In this document: piece after piece, positions 26,936 to 39,936 of the stretch
Layout: the number at the start of each line of letters is the position of its first letter
How positions within the stretch are numbered: position 1 is the first letter of the stretch
The notes under the pieces: model-generated
What the model was told of the DNA's origin: nothing
The model's database searches: none
The model's input: the letters and a program-made list of their open reading frames with translations, nothing else
Source: Octopus sinensis
Taxonomy: Eukaryota
Assembly: GCF_006345805.1 (NCBI RefSeq)
Contig: NC_043016.1
Location: 28,458,001 to 28,522,000, forward strand
DNA: 64,000 nt
Reading direction: 5' to 3'
Program-made: the position numbers and the translations under genes

Positions 26936-28952
26936 GCTGATTAAATAACTTTTAGAATGAGGCAACCTTTTTTGATTTGTTTGATGAAAATTATATTATT
27001 TGAAGTGATAGATTTTTTTAAGTACAATGTCCTCAAGCTAGAGCTGAACTAACGAAATCTTTATTCCATGCATTTCTACACTGCTTCTCTATTCTCAGCC
27101 ATGTTGTGTCTGCCCCAATATGTTATTGGAGTGGTGTGTCAAAATTCTTATGACATTTAACGTCCTGATTTAAATCTTGTCAAAGCATATTTATGTAAAA
27201 ACATGACAAATATATTTGACATTGTTCAAAGGGTCGTGTCTGACATAACACTCACAATGAAGATGTCTGCCAAATGTAGATGTATCCGGCAAGGGGGTTA
27301 TATTTGCAAAATGAATTTATGAAATCTGTATGGAAATTTCCTAATTCCATAAGTAAAATTTCCTTTCTCTAATCTTACTGAAACTGTTCTTTCATTGGTT
27401 TAACTTTTGTAACTTTTAAATTCCAGTAATATAACATTGTACAAAATGTCTTTTGGTATTTAGTTACATTCCTACCTGTTTTGCATTCAAATTTTCTCCA
27501 GGTAGACCATGTATTTCATCCTTCAAGGGTTGATAAAATGAAGAATCTTATTAGAAACTGCTATTTGAGTTCTATCATAAAACTAAAGACTGGGTCTTGG
27601 GATTATTGCTTCATTATTGCCAATAGCTACTACTTATTCCTTTCACTTCAATTAGACCATGTAAACAACACATTCAGTTATCTGCCAAAATATATGGACC
27701 TTACAAAGACGAAGTATTTGCCAATGTAACCAGCAATTAAACTATTAATTAATCTTCATTTATTTTACTTTCTATATCTTTTTATTGCTTTTGAAATTTG
27801 GCTGAGTGCAATTAACACATTTTAAAAACATTTTAGCTTAATACTTAAAATGTTTTTGCTTTGGGAGTACTTAAGAAAACATTTCTAATATATTATAAAC
27901 TTTGAATAGCCAAAGGGAAAATTTAAGAATCATTAATATATATATATATACACATAGTTTTTTTTGGGTTTTTTAACTAAGTATATTTTTAAGAAATACT
28001 AGTTTCAAATATTTCATTTGTCTGAGGAAATGGTTTGTAGGAACTTTCAAATAACAAAAATAAACAACCCCCCTTCCCCATGATATTTTGAAGTTTTCTT
28101 CTTAATTAAATGCTTCTTTTTTTTTTTTGTTTCATCTAGATTCTGACTTCAATAGTTCGTCATTTGTGCTGCATACTGATATTGGTTTGGCAGTTTGTCT
28201 ATTTTAGCATTGTTTCTAAAGCTGGATGCCCTTCCTAATGCTAACCACTTTAAAGACTGTACTGGATGCCTTTTTTTCCATACTACATTTACTTTTGCTG
28301 GTCATTGTAAATGCTAGTGAAGTTGTTGTGATTAATACCCATCATGGTAAAGGAGGTAGTGGGGTGGTCCAGCTACTTACAAGAAACTGATTTTCATTAA
28401 GATACTCAAAAATCTAGTTGTTGAGTGAAACAAAATAATATATTCGGCCTACCATCGAATGGAATGAACTGTCTATTAATTCTATACAAAATTTTAACTA
28501 TATTTACATGATATACAAACTTTCTTTCAGCCATGTTTAGCTTTTCAGTCAATGTAACCCTTTTTAGCCTTTTTTTCTCTCTCCTGTTTCAAACTCTGTT
28601 CCTTTTATATTTTCTGACTCTACATCCTCCCCTTCTTCCTTATCATATTTTGTAGTAAACAATTTGTCTATTCTTTATTTTGTACCTACCTTTTTGTTCC
28701 CTTATTACAATCATTGCTATGCAGTAATTCTCATCGGCAAATAACACAAACCTTATTTCAACTAGGTGTCTTTATCAGATATTATTTCTTACCTCAACAA
28801 TATGTATACATTTTTATGAAAACCCTCCTCTCTATTTCATTTTATTTAATATATTTATTAATTTTTTTTTTTTTTTTTTTCAGTTTTGGAAATGAAATAT
28901 TTCATCATTTTTCTGTAATGTGTTCTCTTTTATTTTTATTTTCATTGTGCAG

Positions 28953-29068
28953 GCCAAATGATACGCCATTTGAAGATGGGACTTTCAAATTAACAATAAA
29001 ATTCACAGAGGAATATCCCAACAAACCACCTACTGTCAGATTTATATCAAAGATGTTTCATCCAAATA
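28953..29068 (+). CDS. UBE2A: RAD6/UBE2A exon (116 nt): (G)[38 protein letters not shown](I)
   Basis: TGTGCAG acceptor, GTATGT donor at 29069, phase compatible with the previous exon. HPN motif at 29059-29067; same peptide is in the ORF track (28714..29103). Confidence 0.97.
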
Positions 29069-30958
29069 GTATGTATCTTCAGATTATGGCGTTAATAATT
29101 TAAATGTTACATTCTTTTAGTGTATATTTTCATTTTGGTATTTTTGTTCACTATGTAACATGCTCATTTCTTACCAAGTCAGATAAACAATATTATACAA
29201 CTTGAGCTCAAAGTCCTGTGTACATACAGAACAGCTAAAAATACAATTACCTTTTGAGGCATATTCTTAAAAACTCAGTCTGTGTGAGTTACATGTCATT
29301 GTCATCTTTCCTTATCATCCACTTTTCCATGCTTGCATGTGTCAGACGAAATTTGCTGAGGCAGATTTTCTATGACTGGATGCCCTTCTTGTCAGCAACT
29401 CTCACCTGTTTCCAAGTAAGATAATACTTCCCGGTGACCAGACATGTTCTCGGAAGATTAGAAACAAAGGACACTGCTTGCATGACAGTAACACTTTACA
29501 AATATCATGCAGTGCTAAGGAAAGGAGACAATAGCATGTGCATGCAAATACACACACACATGCACGCACATATGGCAAGCTTCTTCTAGTTTCTGTCTAT
29601 CAAATTCACCCAAGACTTTAGTAAGCCCTGGACTATAGTAGAAGACTATGGCCCAAGGTATCATGCAGTGGGGCTGAATCTAAAACCATGTAGTTGAGAA
29701 GCAAACTTTTTACCATACTACCATGTCATACTTATACTATGCAAAATCTAGCCCCAAAATGTTGGCATTTTAAAGAGTTTAGGAATTTTCCATTTGTATT
29801 TTTTATATCTATTTCACCAGGATAGCATGGCTTAGATGAATATATTATTGAGGCATTGTTTTATAGCTGGAGACTCTTCTTTTCACTAACCCTTACCAGA
29901 TTTCAAGTAAGGGATCTCTTATTTCACAGTTCTTTGAAAGTACAAAGCCAGTTCATGATTTGTTAAGAGGGAAAATGATGTCACCACTTCTAGCTTACAA
30001 TATTTGGAGATGCACAAATGTGAAACATACACACCATGATTTTCCATGCATTTTCCACCTACCGAATTCTTATTTCCCTGTAACTTTGTGGATTGACAAA
30101 AGAGGTTGATAAAATAAGTACCAGGCTTTTAAAGAATAAGTACTGGGGCTGATTCATTTGACGAAAAGTTCTTCAAGGCAGTGCCCCAGCGTGGCCACTG
30201 CCTAATGACTAAAACAAGTAAAAGATTTAAGATACAGCTCAAGAGTAACGATTGCAGACAAACTAATGAACAAAATTAGCTGCATCTTTTTTTTCCCCCC
30301 TATGTGTGTTTTCCGTTACCATTTTACCAAGAGATAATGACAGAGATAATGTTTAACCTGTTCTTGCTACAGCAGGAATACAACATGACAAGGTTAATAA
30401 TAAAATAACCAGACAATGATTAATCTAGCAAAAACCAAATATAAATATTTAAATAACCTTATGGCTTTATTCTAAATTTGCAAAATATCAGATCTTTTGT
30501 TTTCAGTAACTGTAACCAGAAGCTAATTGACTTAGAGCTTCTTTCAAGTATTTCAGTTTTTGTTTAAATATTTTTAATGTAAAAGGTCTTATATTTCATA
30601 TAGATCTTTTTTTTTTTCTCGTTTTTGTGACTTTTCAACCATAGAAATGTCATTGAAGGGTAAGGAAGTATTCTTAAAAAAAAAAAAAAAAGCGGTGGGG
30701 GGGGGGAAGCATATTTGAATGAAACAGTAAAACTTAAATTTCACTTTGATATGTATTGTTAGTTGTCATAATAAACTGGAAATGTGTAGTGGAAGTGCTT
30801 CGTGAGAACATTATTTTTCATGAAAATATGAAATAAATATCCTTCAGCTGCAGTTTGGTGTAATAAAATGTGAAAGATTGATAGGTATAAGGGCAGATGT
30901 TAAATTTCACACCTGTTCAGTATATGACAGCTTGCTAAACTTAGTCTTATCTGCTTAA

Positions 30959-31174
30959 CCCTCTAGCATTGAAATTAATATGTCAAACGTAATGTTTTTT
31001 TATATTCACATTGTTTTGAGTTAGCCATGCATTTTATCTCATGGCTTTTAGATGTCAATGATATATTTTTAGGACAACGTTCTAGAGTATGTGTGTGAGG
31101 TCAGACTTGCCTGGTTTGTACATAAAACACATAGAATATTTGAGCCAGATATAGCCAATTTAAATGTTAAAAGG
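30959..31174. mobile_element. piggyBac-like MITE, copy 3 (216 bp)
   Basis: TTAA at 30955-30958 and 31175-31178; termini CCCTC...AAAGG. Confidence 0.8.
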
Positions 31175-31742
31175 TTAATGTGGTGTGTAGGTGCAGTAAA
31201 ATAGAATGTGTTACACTTAGTAAAAGAACTGGTTCGAATTTAGAATGTTTTAAAGTAGTTTTAAGTGTCTATTGTATTAAATTTTATTTTCAGACTTGAC
31301 ACTACAAACATTGTTAATGATATTAAGCTTGTGCACATGAAATACTATGGCATTCATGCCTTTCTAGGAGCATTAGTGCCTTAGTAACATTGCTTCTCTG
31401 AAAATCAGTTACTCAGATTAATTTAAAATAAAATTATAAAAACATAAATTTACAAAAATATAAAAATACAAGTATATTAACACCAAATATTTATAACTAA
31501 CTAAATACAGCTGTTCATCTGGGCAATTCTATTTGTGTACATTTTATATAAATGATGATGATTATGTGTGTGTAATGTATATATATATATATATATAAAT
31601 TTCAGGGTAGTGAAAAATTATTTAAAAATTTCTTACCACCAGTGGCCTAGCCTGTAGTGGTTTGGATTTTAACTACTCCTTCTAGTGGGTTAGATGTCCT
31701 ACTATGGCCACCTCTTATGTGCTTAAATGTACACTGTATTTA

Positions 31743-31782
<40 letters not shown>

Positions 31783-31866
31783 TCGAATTCGTGTGAATCT
31801 GTACATTAGTTGAATAAAGTTAAGATGTAGTCTGGTTTTCACGTTTTTTAATATGGTGTTTTAACA

Positions 31867-31904
31867 AAATTAGCACTTTCATACATAATGTACTCGTCAG
31901 ATTT
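31867..31904 (-). ncRNA. Minimal type I hammerhead ribozyme motif
   Basis: Minus strand: AAAT-CTGACGA-GTAC-attat-GTAT-GAAA-GTGC-TA-ATTT. Confidence 0.75.
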
Positions 31905-32004
31905 AAAATGTGTTTAGTACCTCTTAGAATGCTCCAACCAGCTGGCTGGAGTGCTCTAAGAGGTACTAAAGTTGTCAGGAACTCAACTGTCAGTTAAATA
32001 CATT

Positions 32005-32046
32005 TGAAATCTGATGAGTACACTATGTATGAAAGCACTAATTTTG
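32005..32046 (+). ncRNA. Minimal type I hammerhead ribozyme motif, sense to the E2 pre-mRNA
   Basis: TGAAAT-CTGATGA(32011-32017)-GTAC-actat-GTAT-GAAA(32031-32034)-GCAC-TA-ATTTTG; stem I has 4 Watson-Crick pairs plus 2 wobbles. Confidence 0.78.
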
Positions 32047-32117
32047 TTAAAATACCATAATAAAAGATGTAAAAACCAGGCTATATTTTAACTTTATTCG
32101 ACTAATATATATATTGT

Positions 32118-32495
32118 AGGCACAGGAGTGGCTGTGTGGAAAGTAGCTTGCTTACCAATCACATGGTTCTGGGTTCAGTCCTACTGCATGGCACCTTGGG
32201 AAAATATCTTCTACTATAGGCTCGGACCAACCAAAGCCTTATGAGTGGATTTGATAGATGGAAGCTGAAAGAAGCCCATCGTATATATGTGTGTGTTTGT
32301 GTGTCTGTGTTTGTCCACCACCATTGCTTGACAACCGATGCTGGTGTGTTTATGTCCCCATAACTTAGTGGGTCAGCAAAAGAGACCAATAGAATAAGTA
32401 CTAGGCTTACAAAGCATAAGTCCTGGGGTCAATTAGCTCAACTAAAGGCAGTGCTCCAGCATGCCCACAGTCACATGACTGAAACAAGTAAAGAG
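32118..32495 (+). mobile_element. SINE family B, near full length
   Basis: Head AGGCACAGGAGTGGCTGTGTGG to tail GAAACAAGTAAAGAG, followed by (AT)n. Confidence 0.9.
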
Positions 32496-32543
<48 letters not shown>

Positions 32544-33399
32544 CTTAGCATCTTAGGTAAAGCTTTCTAACTTGGACAGATAACATTGTGATGTCACTTT
32601 GTTGTAGTGGTGAGCAGTTATATGGTTTACAGCAGATGATGTGGTGCTCAATTCCTATGGACACTGTTACAACTTTTTTCTGTCTTCTTTCATCACAATT
32701 TTACATGTTTCCTGTACTGGTATGGGCTGGATAATGTAGTACCTATTACTATATACTGTGTTGACAGGTATATAGTAATATATAACCATTGGCAGGTTGT
32801 TCATTTATGTAATCTTAATTACTTTAAATTTTGTAATTTGGTCAGTTATGATTGTAATGTCATTCTGGGGCATATTTGAAGTCTATTCTTCATATTTAAT
32901 TGATTTAAAGTCATAACATTGACTACATGTTGAGTCATTATGCACTCTCAGAGATTAAATGTTTCACTTAAATGAACTAAAATTTTACTACTTAGTTTCA
33001 TGCCTAAGTATGCCTTCAAACCATATGGTTTCAGTTTCAGTTCTACTGTGTAGTGTGTTAGGCATGTTTCTTCTACTTATAGCTTCAGGTCAGTCAAAGC
33101 CATGAGAGTGGATTTTGTAGATGGAAACCGAAATAAGCCCATTGTATACACCCCACCACACACACGCGCGTCTTCTAATATCACTCAGAACAACACCGAA
33201 GCTATAGCAGGAAACTATACAAGATGCCATGCAGTGAGACAGAACTTGTGACCTTGTAGCAAAATCATAATGTTGTGTGTGATGGTTGTGAATGAGCATC
33301 ATTGTCATAGAAGCAAGGCTGTTTCTAAGCTTCTGAGAAAAATGCCTAGCTATGAGAAAATATTACCTTGTTTGGAAACAAGTTAAGGTTGGCAACAGG

Positions 33400-33990
33400 A
33401 AGGGAATCTGGCTATAGAAAAATCTGTCTCAACAACTTCCATCTGACCCATGCAAGCATAGAAAAGTGGCTGTTAAATAAAGATGATTATTATAGAATAA
33501 ATATCATTTTTATATCCGCTTTCCCAAGCTCACTGTATCCTCTCTAACACAGCATCTCACTATAGGTGTTTCTTTGTCATCTCTTTTTGACATCTTCAGA
33601 TCAATCTTTACCATCTCTGCTCATGTCTTCTTCTTTCTCTTCTTTCCTCTTCTGTCATCTTCCATGAGCATTACATGTCCTTACCAAACCAGTTGTCTCT
33701 CTTGTACACTACAACTGATTTCTTCTTCACTATGTTGCTCATGCATACTGACATTACATATCCAGAAGATTGTGCTTGCTTCACATCTATCCTACTTTCT
33801 CATATCTTCATTCAATACCCATGTCTCACTACCATGTAAGCAGCACACTTCATACACAAACAACATACAATCTGCCACTTCCTTGAAGAGAGAAATCGTT
33901 GTTGTCAGCTGATGTATTAGCACATCCACTTTTTTCACGTTGTCCTTATTCTGATCACTTTCAGATTACCCTTCTCCACTGCTGATTAGG
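33400..33990 (-). mobile_element. Decayed RTE C-terminal fragment joined to another repeat
   Basis: Minus-strand similarity to the RTE C-terminus at 45530-46070. Confidence 0.55.
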
Positions 33991-34729
33991 TCATGTAGGT
34001 TAAAGAAATATTCTGAGTATTGAATTTTGTTTTCTTTAACAGTACTGTGAGAACTAACAACTCCTATAATCTGCAGTCAGCCTATATGTGATTCTAGTAC
34101 ACTTCTTGCTCATCCCCTCCTCGCATATGCACAGATATTCTTGCAAATATAAGCTCAGAGAGGAGAGGCACTAATGTGTATGTGTGCGTGTCATATGAGC
34201 ATGGTAATGTGATGGGTTCCTGCACAGTTTTCTTCTACTGAATTCCAGAAGCACGTAATCACCTATGAATTTGGTGGAACACAAGCCAGATTGACTACAT
34301 TCTCACCACAAACAGGAATAGGCAAATACTTGTAAATGCAGTCTTTCCCTGGTCAAGCATGTACAACTCAACATAGGCTAGTGGTTAGTAACTTCAGACT
34401 TAGGGATAGAAGGACAGAGATACAAACCACTTTGGAAAATGGAAGCTTAATAGTTCAGTGAACAGTCAGAAATTTAGAGAAGTACTAGTGAAGTATTAAT
34501 TGAAAAGGAAGAGGAGATAGACATACAGCATACAAGACAACTAGAAGGTCCTGCAAGACAACTTACTTACTAATGGCTACAGATCAAATCTGTAGTTGGT
34601 GAAAAGTTTCAGCCAGACTGAGGGTGACATGGTTGTAGAACATTAAAGTCAAAAAGGCAATGGGAAAACACAACAGGGGAGTTAAAGAGTGAGTGCCCAT
34701 GAGAACCTTCTTATACTGATGACCTTGTT

Positions 34730-35560
34730 CTAATAGTTGATTCTGTAATAGAATTAGAAAACTTTCAGATGTGGAAGCAAAACTTGGAATGAAAGGGCCT
34801 TAAAGTTAACTTGACAAAGACCAAAGTCATAGTAAATAGGAAAACAAACTGAATGCTTCCTCCATTAGGAAAATGACCCTACTCGATATGTAAAGAAGGA
34901 GTAGGTAGAAATTCTATATTCTGTACTTGATGCAAATTACAGTTATATAAGAGTTGCAGTGTAATTGCAAGAAAATTTGGAGAAAGTGGACTTTTTTGTA
35001 ACAGATGCACAAGAGCAATAGATACTAAGAACCTGTGAGAAATAGAAATTCTCAGATGCCCAGGAGGTTAGCTAGAGATAGTAGATAATTTATTACCTAA
35101 GTGACCTAATTTGCAGTGGAGTAGGATGTTCTAAAAGCATAGTTGCTAAAATAAGAACAGAATGGGGGAAAGTTCAGAGCTATTACTTCCGTTGGTAACA
35201 AAAGCCGCTCTCTTTCTCTCAGAATGAATGATAGATTGTAAGGTGCTTGTGTACAAACAGCAATGCTACATGGTTGTGAAATGTGAGCTGTGAATGCAGA
35301 GGATATGTAAAGACAAGAAAATAACTGCTCCATTGGATGTGCTATGTCAGTGTGCTTTATATGGGAAAAGGCAAATGTATTAAGAGTAAAACTGGGCATA
35401 ACAGGCATCAGATGTGATGTCCAGGGGAGATGACTGTGACAAGTATGGATGAGTGCAGTAGTACAAAGTGCTGATCACTAAATGTGAATGTGACGTGTGG
35501 AAAAGGGAGTCCTGGGAAGGTGTGAGTAGGAGTAGTGAAGACCAATTACAGGATGTTGAG
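34730..35560 (+). mobile_element. Decayed RTE LINE RT/C-terminal fragment
   Basis: GLKVNLTKTKV, remnants of the Cys-rich insert, and a SKIRTEWGKFRAITS-like region. Confidence 0.7.
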
Positions 35561-35804
35561 CTTACAGAAAAGATAGCAAAGGAGTGAGATGACTGTGATT
35601 CATTGTGTTTGAGGAGACCTGCCCACCCCAGCAAAAGAGAGGTCCTAAAAGCATATCATTTTGTCTATATCCCTGCATTCAAGCTGCCTCACAACCTGTC
35701 TTCTAAATAACCATCCCTCCATTACTCTTCTTAATATCATATACCACTATTGGACACTGTCTCATATTGGCCATTGACACTCCTTTGTTTCTCTCTTTCT
35801 CAAG

Positions 35805-35842
<38 letters not shown>

Positions 35843-36084
35843 TAGAGAGAAAACCATCCAGTCACCTATCTACTCCTACATACCCCGGATCTCTGCCTTT
35901 GCTATTGAGCTCTTTTCCACACTTCACACCATCTCTATTACTCATTTATACAGGTTTATTACAATGCTGCTCTCCATCCTTTCTTTGTGTACACCCCATT
36001 TATCACGTCCTCCTCCCTTATCCACTCATATTTCCTTCATACACACACGCAATCACACACCCGGAACTGATATTCACTGTTGAT

Positions 36085-37030
36085 CATGCCCCCTCCTCTG
36101 TTAGGAGGAAAGCTAGAAGTAATTGACAGCTTCTATTATCTAGCTGGCCAAGTCAGGAGCGGAGGTGGATGCTCCGAGAGTGTAGCTGCTAGAATAAGAA
36201 TATGCTGGGCAAAGTCCAGAGAGCTCCTACCTCTGTTGATAACTAAGAGCCTCTCTCACAGAGTGAAGGGCAGATTGTATGATGGTTGTATGCAAAGAGC
36301 CATGCTACACAGCAGTGAAACATGGGCTATGACTGCCGAGGAATGTGTAGGCTCGTAGAAATGAAACCAGTATGTTTTGCTGGATGTGCAATGCAGTGTG
36401 CGTATATAACAGAGTGTAAGCATCTTGAGAGAAAAGTTGGGCATAAAAGGCATCAGATGTGGTGTGCTAGTATGGTCTTGTGATGCATATGGATGAGGAC
36501 AGCTGTGTAAAGAAGTGCCAATCTCTAATCTTGAACTGTGGAGGGAACTTGTGAAAGAGGTAGACCCAGGAAGACATGGGACGAGGTACTGAAGCATGAT
36601 CTTTAAATGACAATGACAAGCGACTGAGACCTTTGGTGATATGCTGTACTTGAGAAGACCCATCGAACCAAGTGAAATTGTAGTTGTGGTTGATGCCAGT
36701 GTCATGTAACTGGTACCTGTGCCGGTGGTTAGTAAGATGCACCCATTGAACATTGGGCCTCACAGAGCTGATGAACAAGTGACCGAGACTGTTGGCTATA
36801 CACCACGTTTGAGAAGACTCATCAAGCCAAGTGAAATCATAGTTGTGGCACATAAAAGCATCCATGACACCCTTTGAGTGGTTGGCATTAGGATGGACAT
36901 CCAGCTCTTGGAACCATCCTAAATCAAACTGGAACTTAGCATAACTCTCCAGCTTACCACTTTCAGTCAAACCATCTACCCCATGCCAGCATAGAAAGCA
37001 AACACTAAAAAACGATGAAGACGGTAACGA
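36085..37030 (+). mobile_element. RTE LINE 3' fragment with UTR and degenerate tail
   Basis: GGKLEVIDSFYYLAGQVRSGGGCSESVAARIRICWAKSRELL (ORF track 36080..36358); RGRPRKTWDEV remnant; GGAACCATCC/GGAT..CATCCAGC-type UTR block. Confidence 0.85.
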
Positions 37031-37929
37031 TATAGTGTTGATACATGTGTGATACATGTGCTTCATCATCATTTCATGTTTGCTTTCCATGCTGGGTTGA
37101 ATTGGATGGCAATAACTGAGTTTGAATTGGTTATTTCAGACTTCTCCCTCTCTTAGATGTGTTGGGGAATCATGCTTCACCCATTTGTTTTAATTTTGGC
37201 GTGGTTTCTACAGCTGGCTTTCCTAGCACCAAGCAATTTACAGAGTGCACTGTATGTTATTTATTATAACTTCAGCATTTGTGAGATTGTCTTGTAGTGG
37301 AGTCCATTTTGCTGTTTGTTGTCTCCGTTCACTTGCAGTAGTGTAACCAATTGAATGGATAGAAGTAAGAGTGTGAATAAAGATGAACCTAGGTGAGAGG
37401 GAGGAAAAGGAAAACATGGTGGATGATGTGTGGAAGAAGGGGAAATGGAGAAATAGTGAAGAAATGATGCAACAAGAGAATTAGTAGTGGCATGAAGGGG
37501 AAAGAGATTGTGATGGATAGATGTAGAAATGGTCATTGGTGAGAGAGAGAGAGAGGAAGTGATGGATGTCAGTAATGAGTGACCAGAGGTGGGGGGAGTG
37601 GCAGTTAGCAGTATGAAATTGGGTGGTGGTAGTGGTGGTGGTGGTTATGATTGTAAAGTTTAGCTAATGGAGAGATATCTGAGGGAGAGTGAGTGATGGT
37701 TGCCAGCATAAGAGGATAGATAGATAATGCATTTGATACCAATAGGTTTTAGTGCAATCCCTCCTTACTCAGACATATGCATAGATGTATATAAAAAAAA
37801 AAAAATAATAATGAAATTATTGTGTGCAGTGCTCAAATCAAAGTTGCATGTATAGTACATAGAATTATGTGCAAATGTCAGGAAAGTGAATAGTGTATGT
37901 GTCATGAAATGCACGTGTGCATGCGTATT

Positions 37930-38640
37930 GAGGGGAGAATATCAGGCGTAGTGTTGGCGAATTTCAGGAATCATGGAAGTTTCAAAGGATGCAGGTAGTT
38001 TGTTCCATGCTTCAGTACCTCTGAGTGTGAAAAAATGTTTCTGAAAGTCATGGGAGCTGTGCTGTTTTCTGATTTTGTAGGCATGCCCACTTTGTCATCT
38101 GCATATTTCAGCATTGTGGTATTCTTTAAGTTGGCATCTATGTCATTAATGTATGCAACAAACAAAAGGGGACCAAGAATGGATCCCTGTGATACACCAG
38201 ATAACATCTCACAGGGTGAAGAATGCTGTCCTAGAACTGTGACTACCTCTTTTCAGCTGAGAATGAAGAACTCCAACCAGTTAAAAAGATCATCTTTCAC
38301 ACCTATTGCAGATAGTTTTGCCATAAGTCTTTTGTGTGGCACAGAATTAAAACCTTTAGCAAAGTCAAGGTAAACAACTTCGACCTATGAGCTACCATCA
38401 GTAATCCAGGTAATGTCTTCAAGAAACTCAATAAGTTGATCACAGCTGTTGGATTTAGGAATAAATCCAAATTGTGAGGGCCAGATAAGGTTGTGAGAAT
38501 TCCAGAGTGTTTCTCTGACACAAGATTCCTTCAGTTTGCAATGCAGTTGGTAAGACTGACTAGATGATAGTTGACAGGCAACTTGTTGTCACCATTTTTG
38601 AACAGAGAAATGACACGGGCAGTTTTTCACTGCCCGTGTG
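37930..38640 (-). mobile_element. CR1-clade LINE RT fragment with internal deletion
   Basis: VYLDFAKGFNSVPHKRL, SGVSQGSILGPLLFVAYIND and KYADD, then a jump to an EAWNKLPAS-type 3' end. Confidence 0.85.
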
Positions 38641-38709
38641 TGTGTATACACACACATGTATGTTTATGTATACAGTGTTTCCTTGCCACCACCTCCTAAC
38701 CTAGGTGCT

Positions 38710-39125
38710 TTCTTTTACTTGTTTCAGTCATTTGATTGTGGTCATGTTGGAGCACTGCCTTGAAGGGTTTTAGTTGAATAAATCAACCCCAGGACTTATT
38801 TTTAAGCCTAGTACTTACTTTATCAGTCACTTTTGCTGAACTGCTAAGTTATAGGGATGTAAACACATCAACACTGGTTGTCAAGTAGTGATGTGGTCGG
38901 TGGCAAACAAAGACATACACATAGATATATGCATACAATACGCTGCTTTCAGTTTCCATGTACTAAATCCACTCACAAGGTTTTGGTTGGCCTGAGGTTA
39001 TAGTAGAAGGTGATATGCAGTTAGACTTATATAGTAGGTTATAATAGCAGGTGACAAGGTGACATGCAGTTGGACTGAACCCAGAGCCATGTGGTTGGGA
39101 AGCTAGCTTCTTACCACACTGCTAT
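38710..39125 (-). mobile_element. SINE family B
   Basis: Reverse complement of the family B tail, body and head. Confidence 0.8.
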
Positions 39126-39847
39126 GACTATTGGTGTTTATTTTTTCCTATCTGGTCAAGAAGTTTGGTTCATAACCGTGACTTTTAGTTCAGTTTCACC
39201 TTGCAACACCATGGTAAGTATCTTATACAATACTTCCCAGGCTGACCAAATCAATGCCTTGCATGGGGACTTGTTAGATGAAGACTGCAGGAAGCCTGCC
39301 AAGTGTGTATGTGTGTGTGTGTACATGATGATGTGTGTCAATGTTCTTAGATTCCTCACTTGTCACTAGCAGTTTTGATGTAAGTAACATTCTTTATTTA
39401 TGTTATAACCAGTTATGCTGCAAATTTGAAGACCTCAAGGATAAAGAAAGAATTCTTTACTTGAAAAACAGGCAAAAGTTGGAAATAGGTTCAGCATTTG
39501 GTTACAAAATCCTACCTGAAATAATTCTCTGTCTAAATCTGAACCAGCATGGGAAGACAGATATTGAACAAATGAATATAATTAGACATTTAATAGTAAT
39601 TAAAGATAGTTTTCATCTCTCCCTACTCCAAGACCAAATTTCAACAGATATATCTTGGTCTTTCATGCTCCATTGAGCATAATAAAATGTATGTTGAAAT
39701 TTCAGACTTCATCTAGAGTTTTTCCTCTTTGTAAATTTGTCTATGTATGCGAGAAAGAAATTGATTTTTACCAGTTTTTCTCATTAAATAACCAACCTAT
39801 TAATTAATAACTGCAATATAAAGTTGTCTTTTATTTATTTCTGCTAG

Positions 39848-39936
39848 TCTACGCTGATGGTAGCATATGTTTGGATATACTTCAGAATAGATGGAGTCCA
39901 ACATACGATGTATCATCGATATTAACATCCATTCAG
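39848..39936 (+). CDS. UBE2A: RAD6/UBE2A catalytic exon (89 nt): (I)[29 protein letters not shown]
   Basis: TTTCTGCTAG acceptor, CAG|GTAAAC donor. Active-site Cys codon TGT at 39868-39870; phases 1 and 0 fit the neighbouring exons. Confidence 0.97.

Larger units (their letters stand above)
31804..32107. mobile_element. Foldback element with about 110-bp inverted arms, each carrying a minimal hammerhead (Penelope pseudo-LTR-like)
   Basis: Arms about 31805-31915 and 31996-32106, roughly 85% identical by eye; internal palindrome about 31913-31970 centred on CCAGCTGG; TA on both flanks. Confidence 0.85.

Noticed and set aside
31625-31715. Imperfect hairpin GTGGCC...GGCCAC, possible intronic snoRNA or miRNA
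   Set aside because: Pairing is patchy and I could not place convincing H/ACA or C/D boxes.
31802-32109. Plain Tc1/mariner MITE interpretation from the TA flanks
   Set aside because: TA flanks are weak evidence in AT-rich DNA and do not explain the HHR plus AATAAA in each arm; kept only as an alternative.
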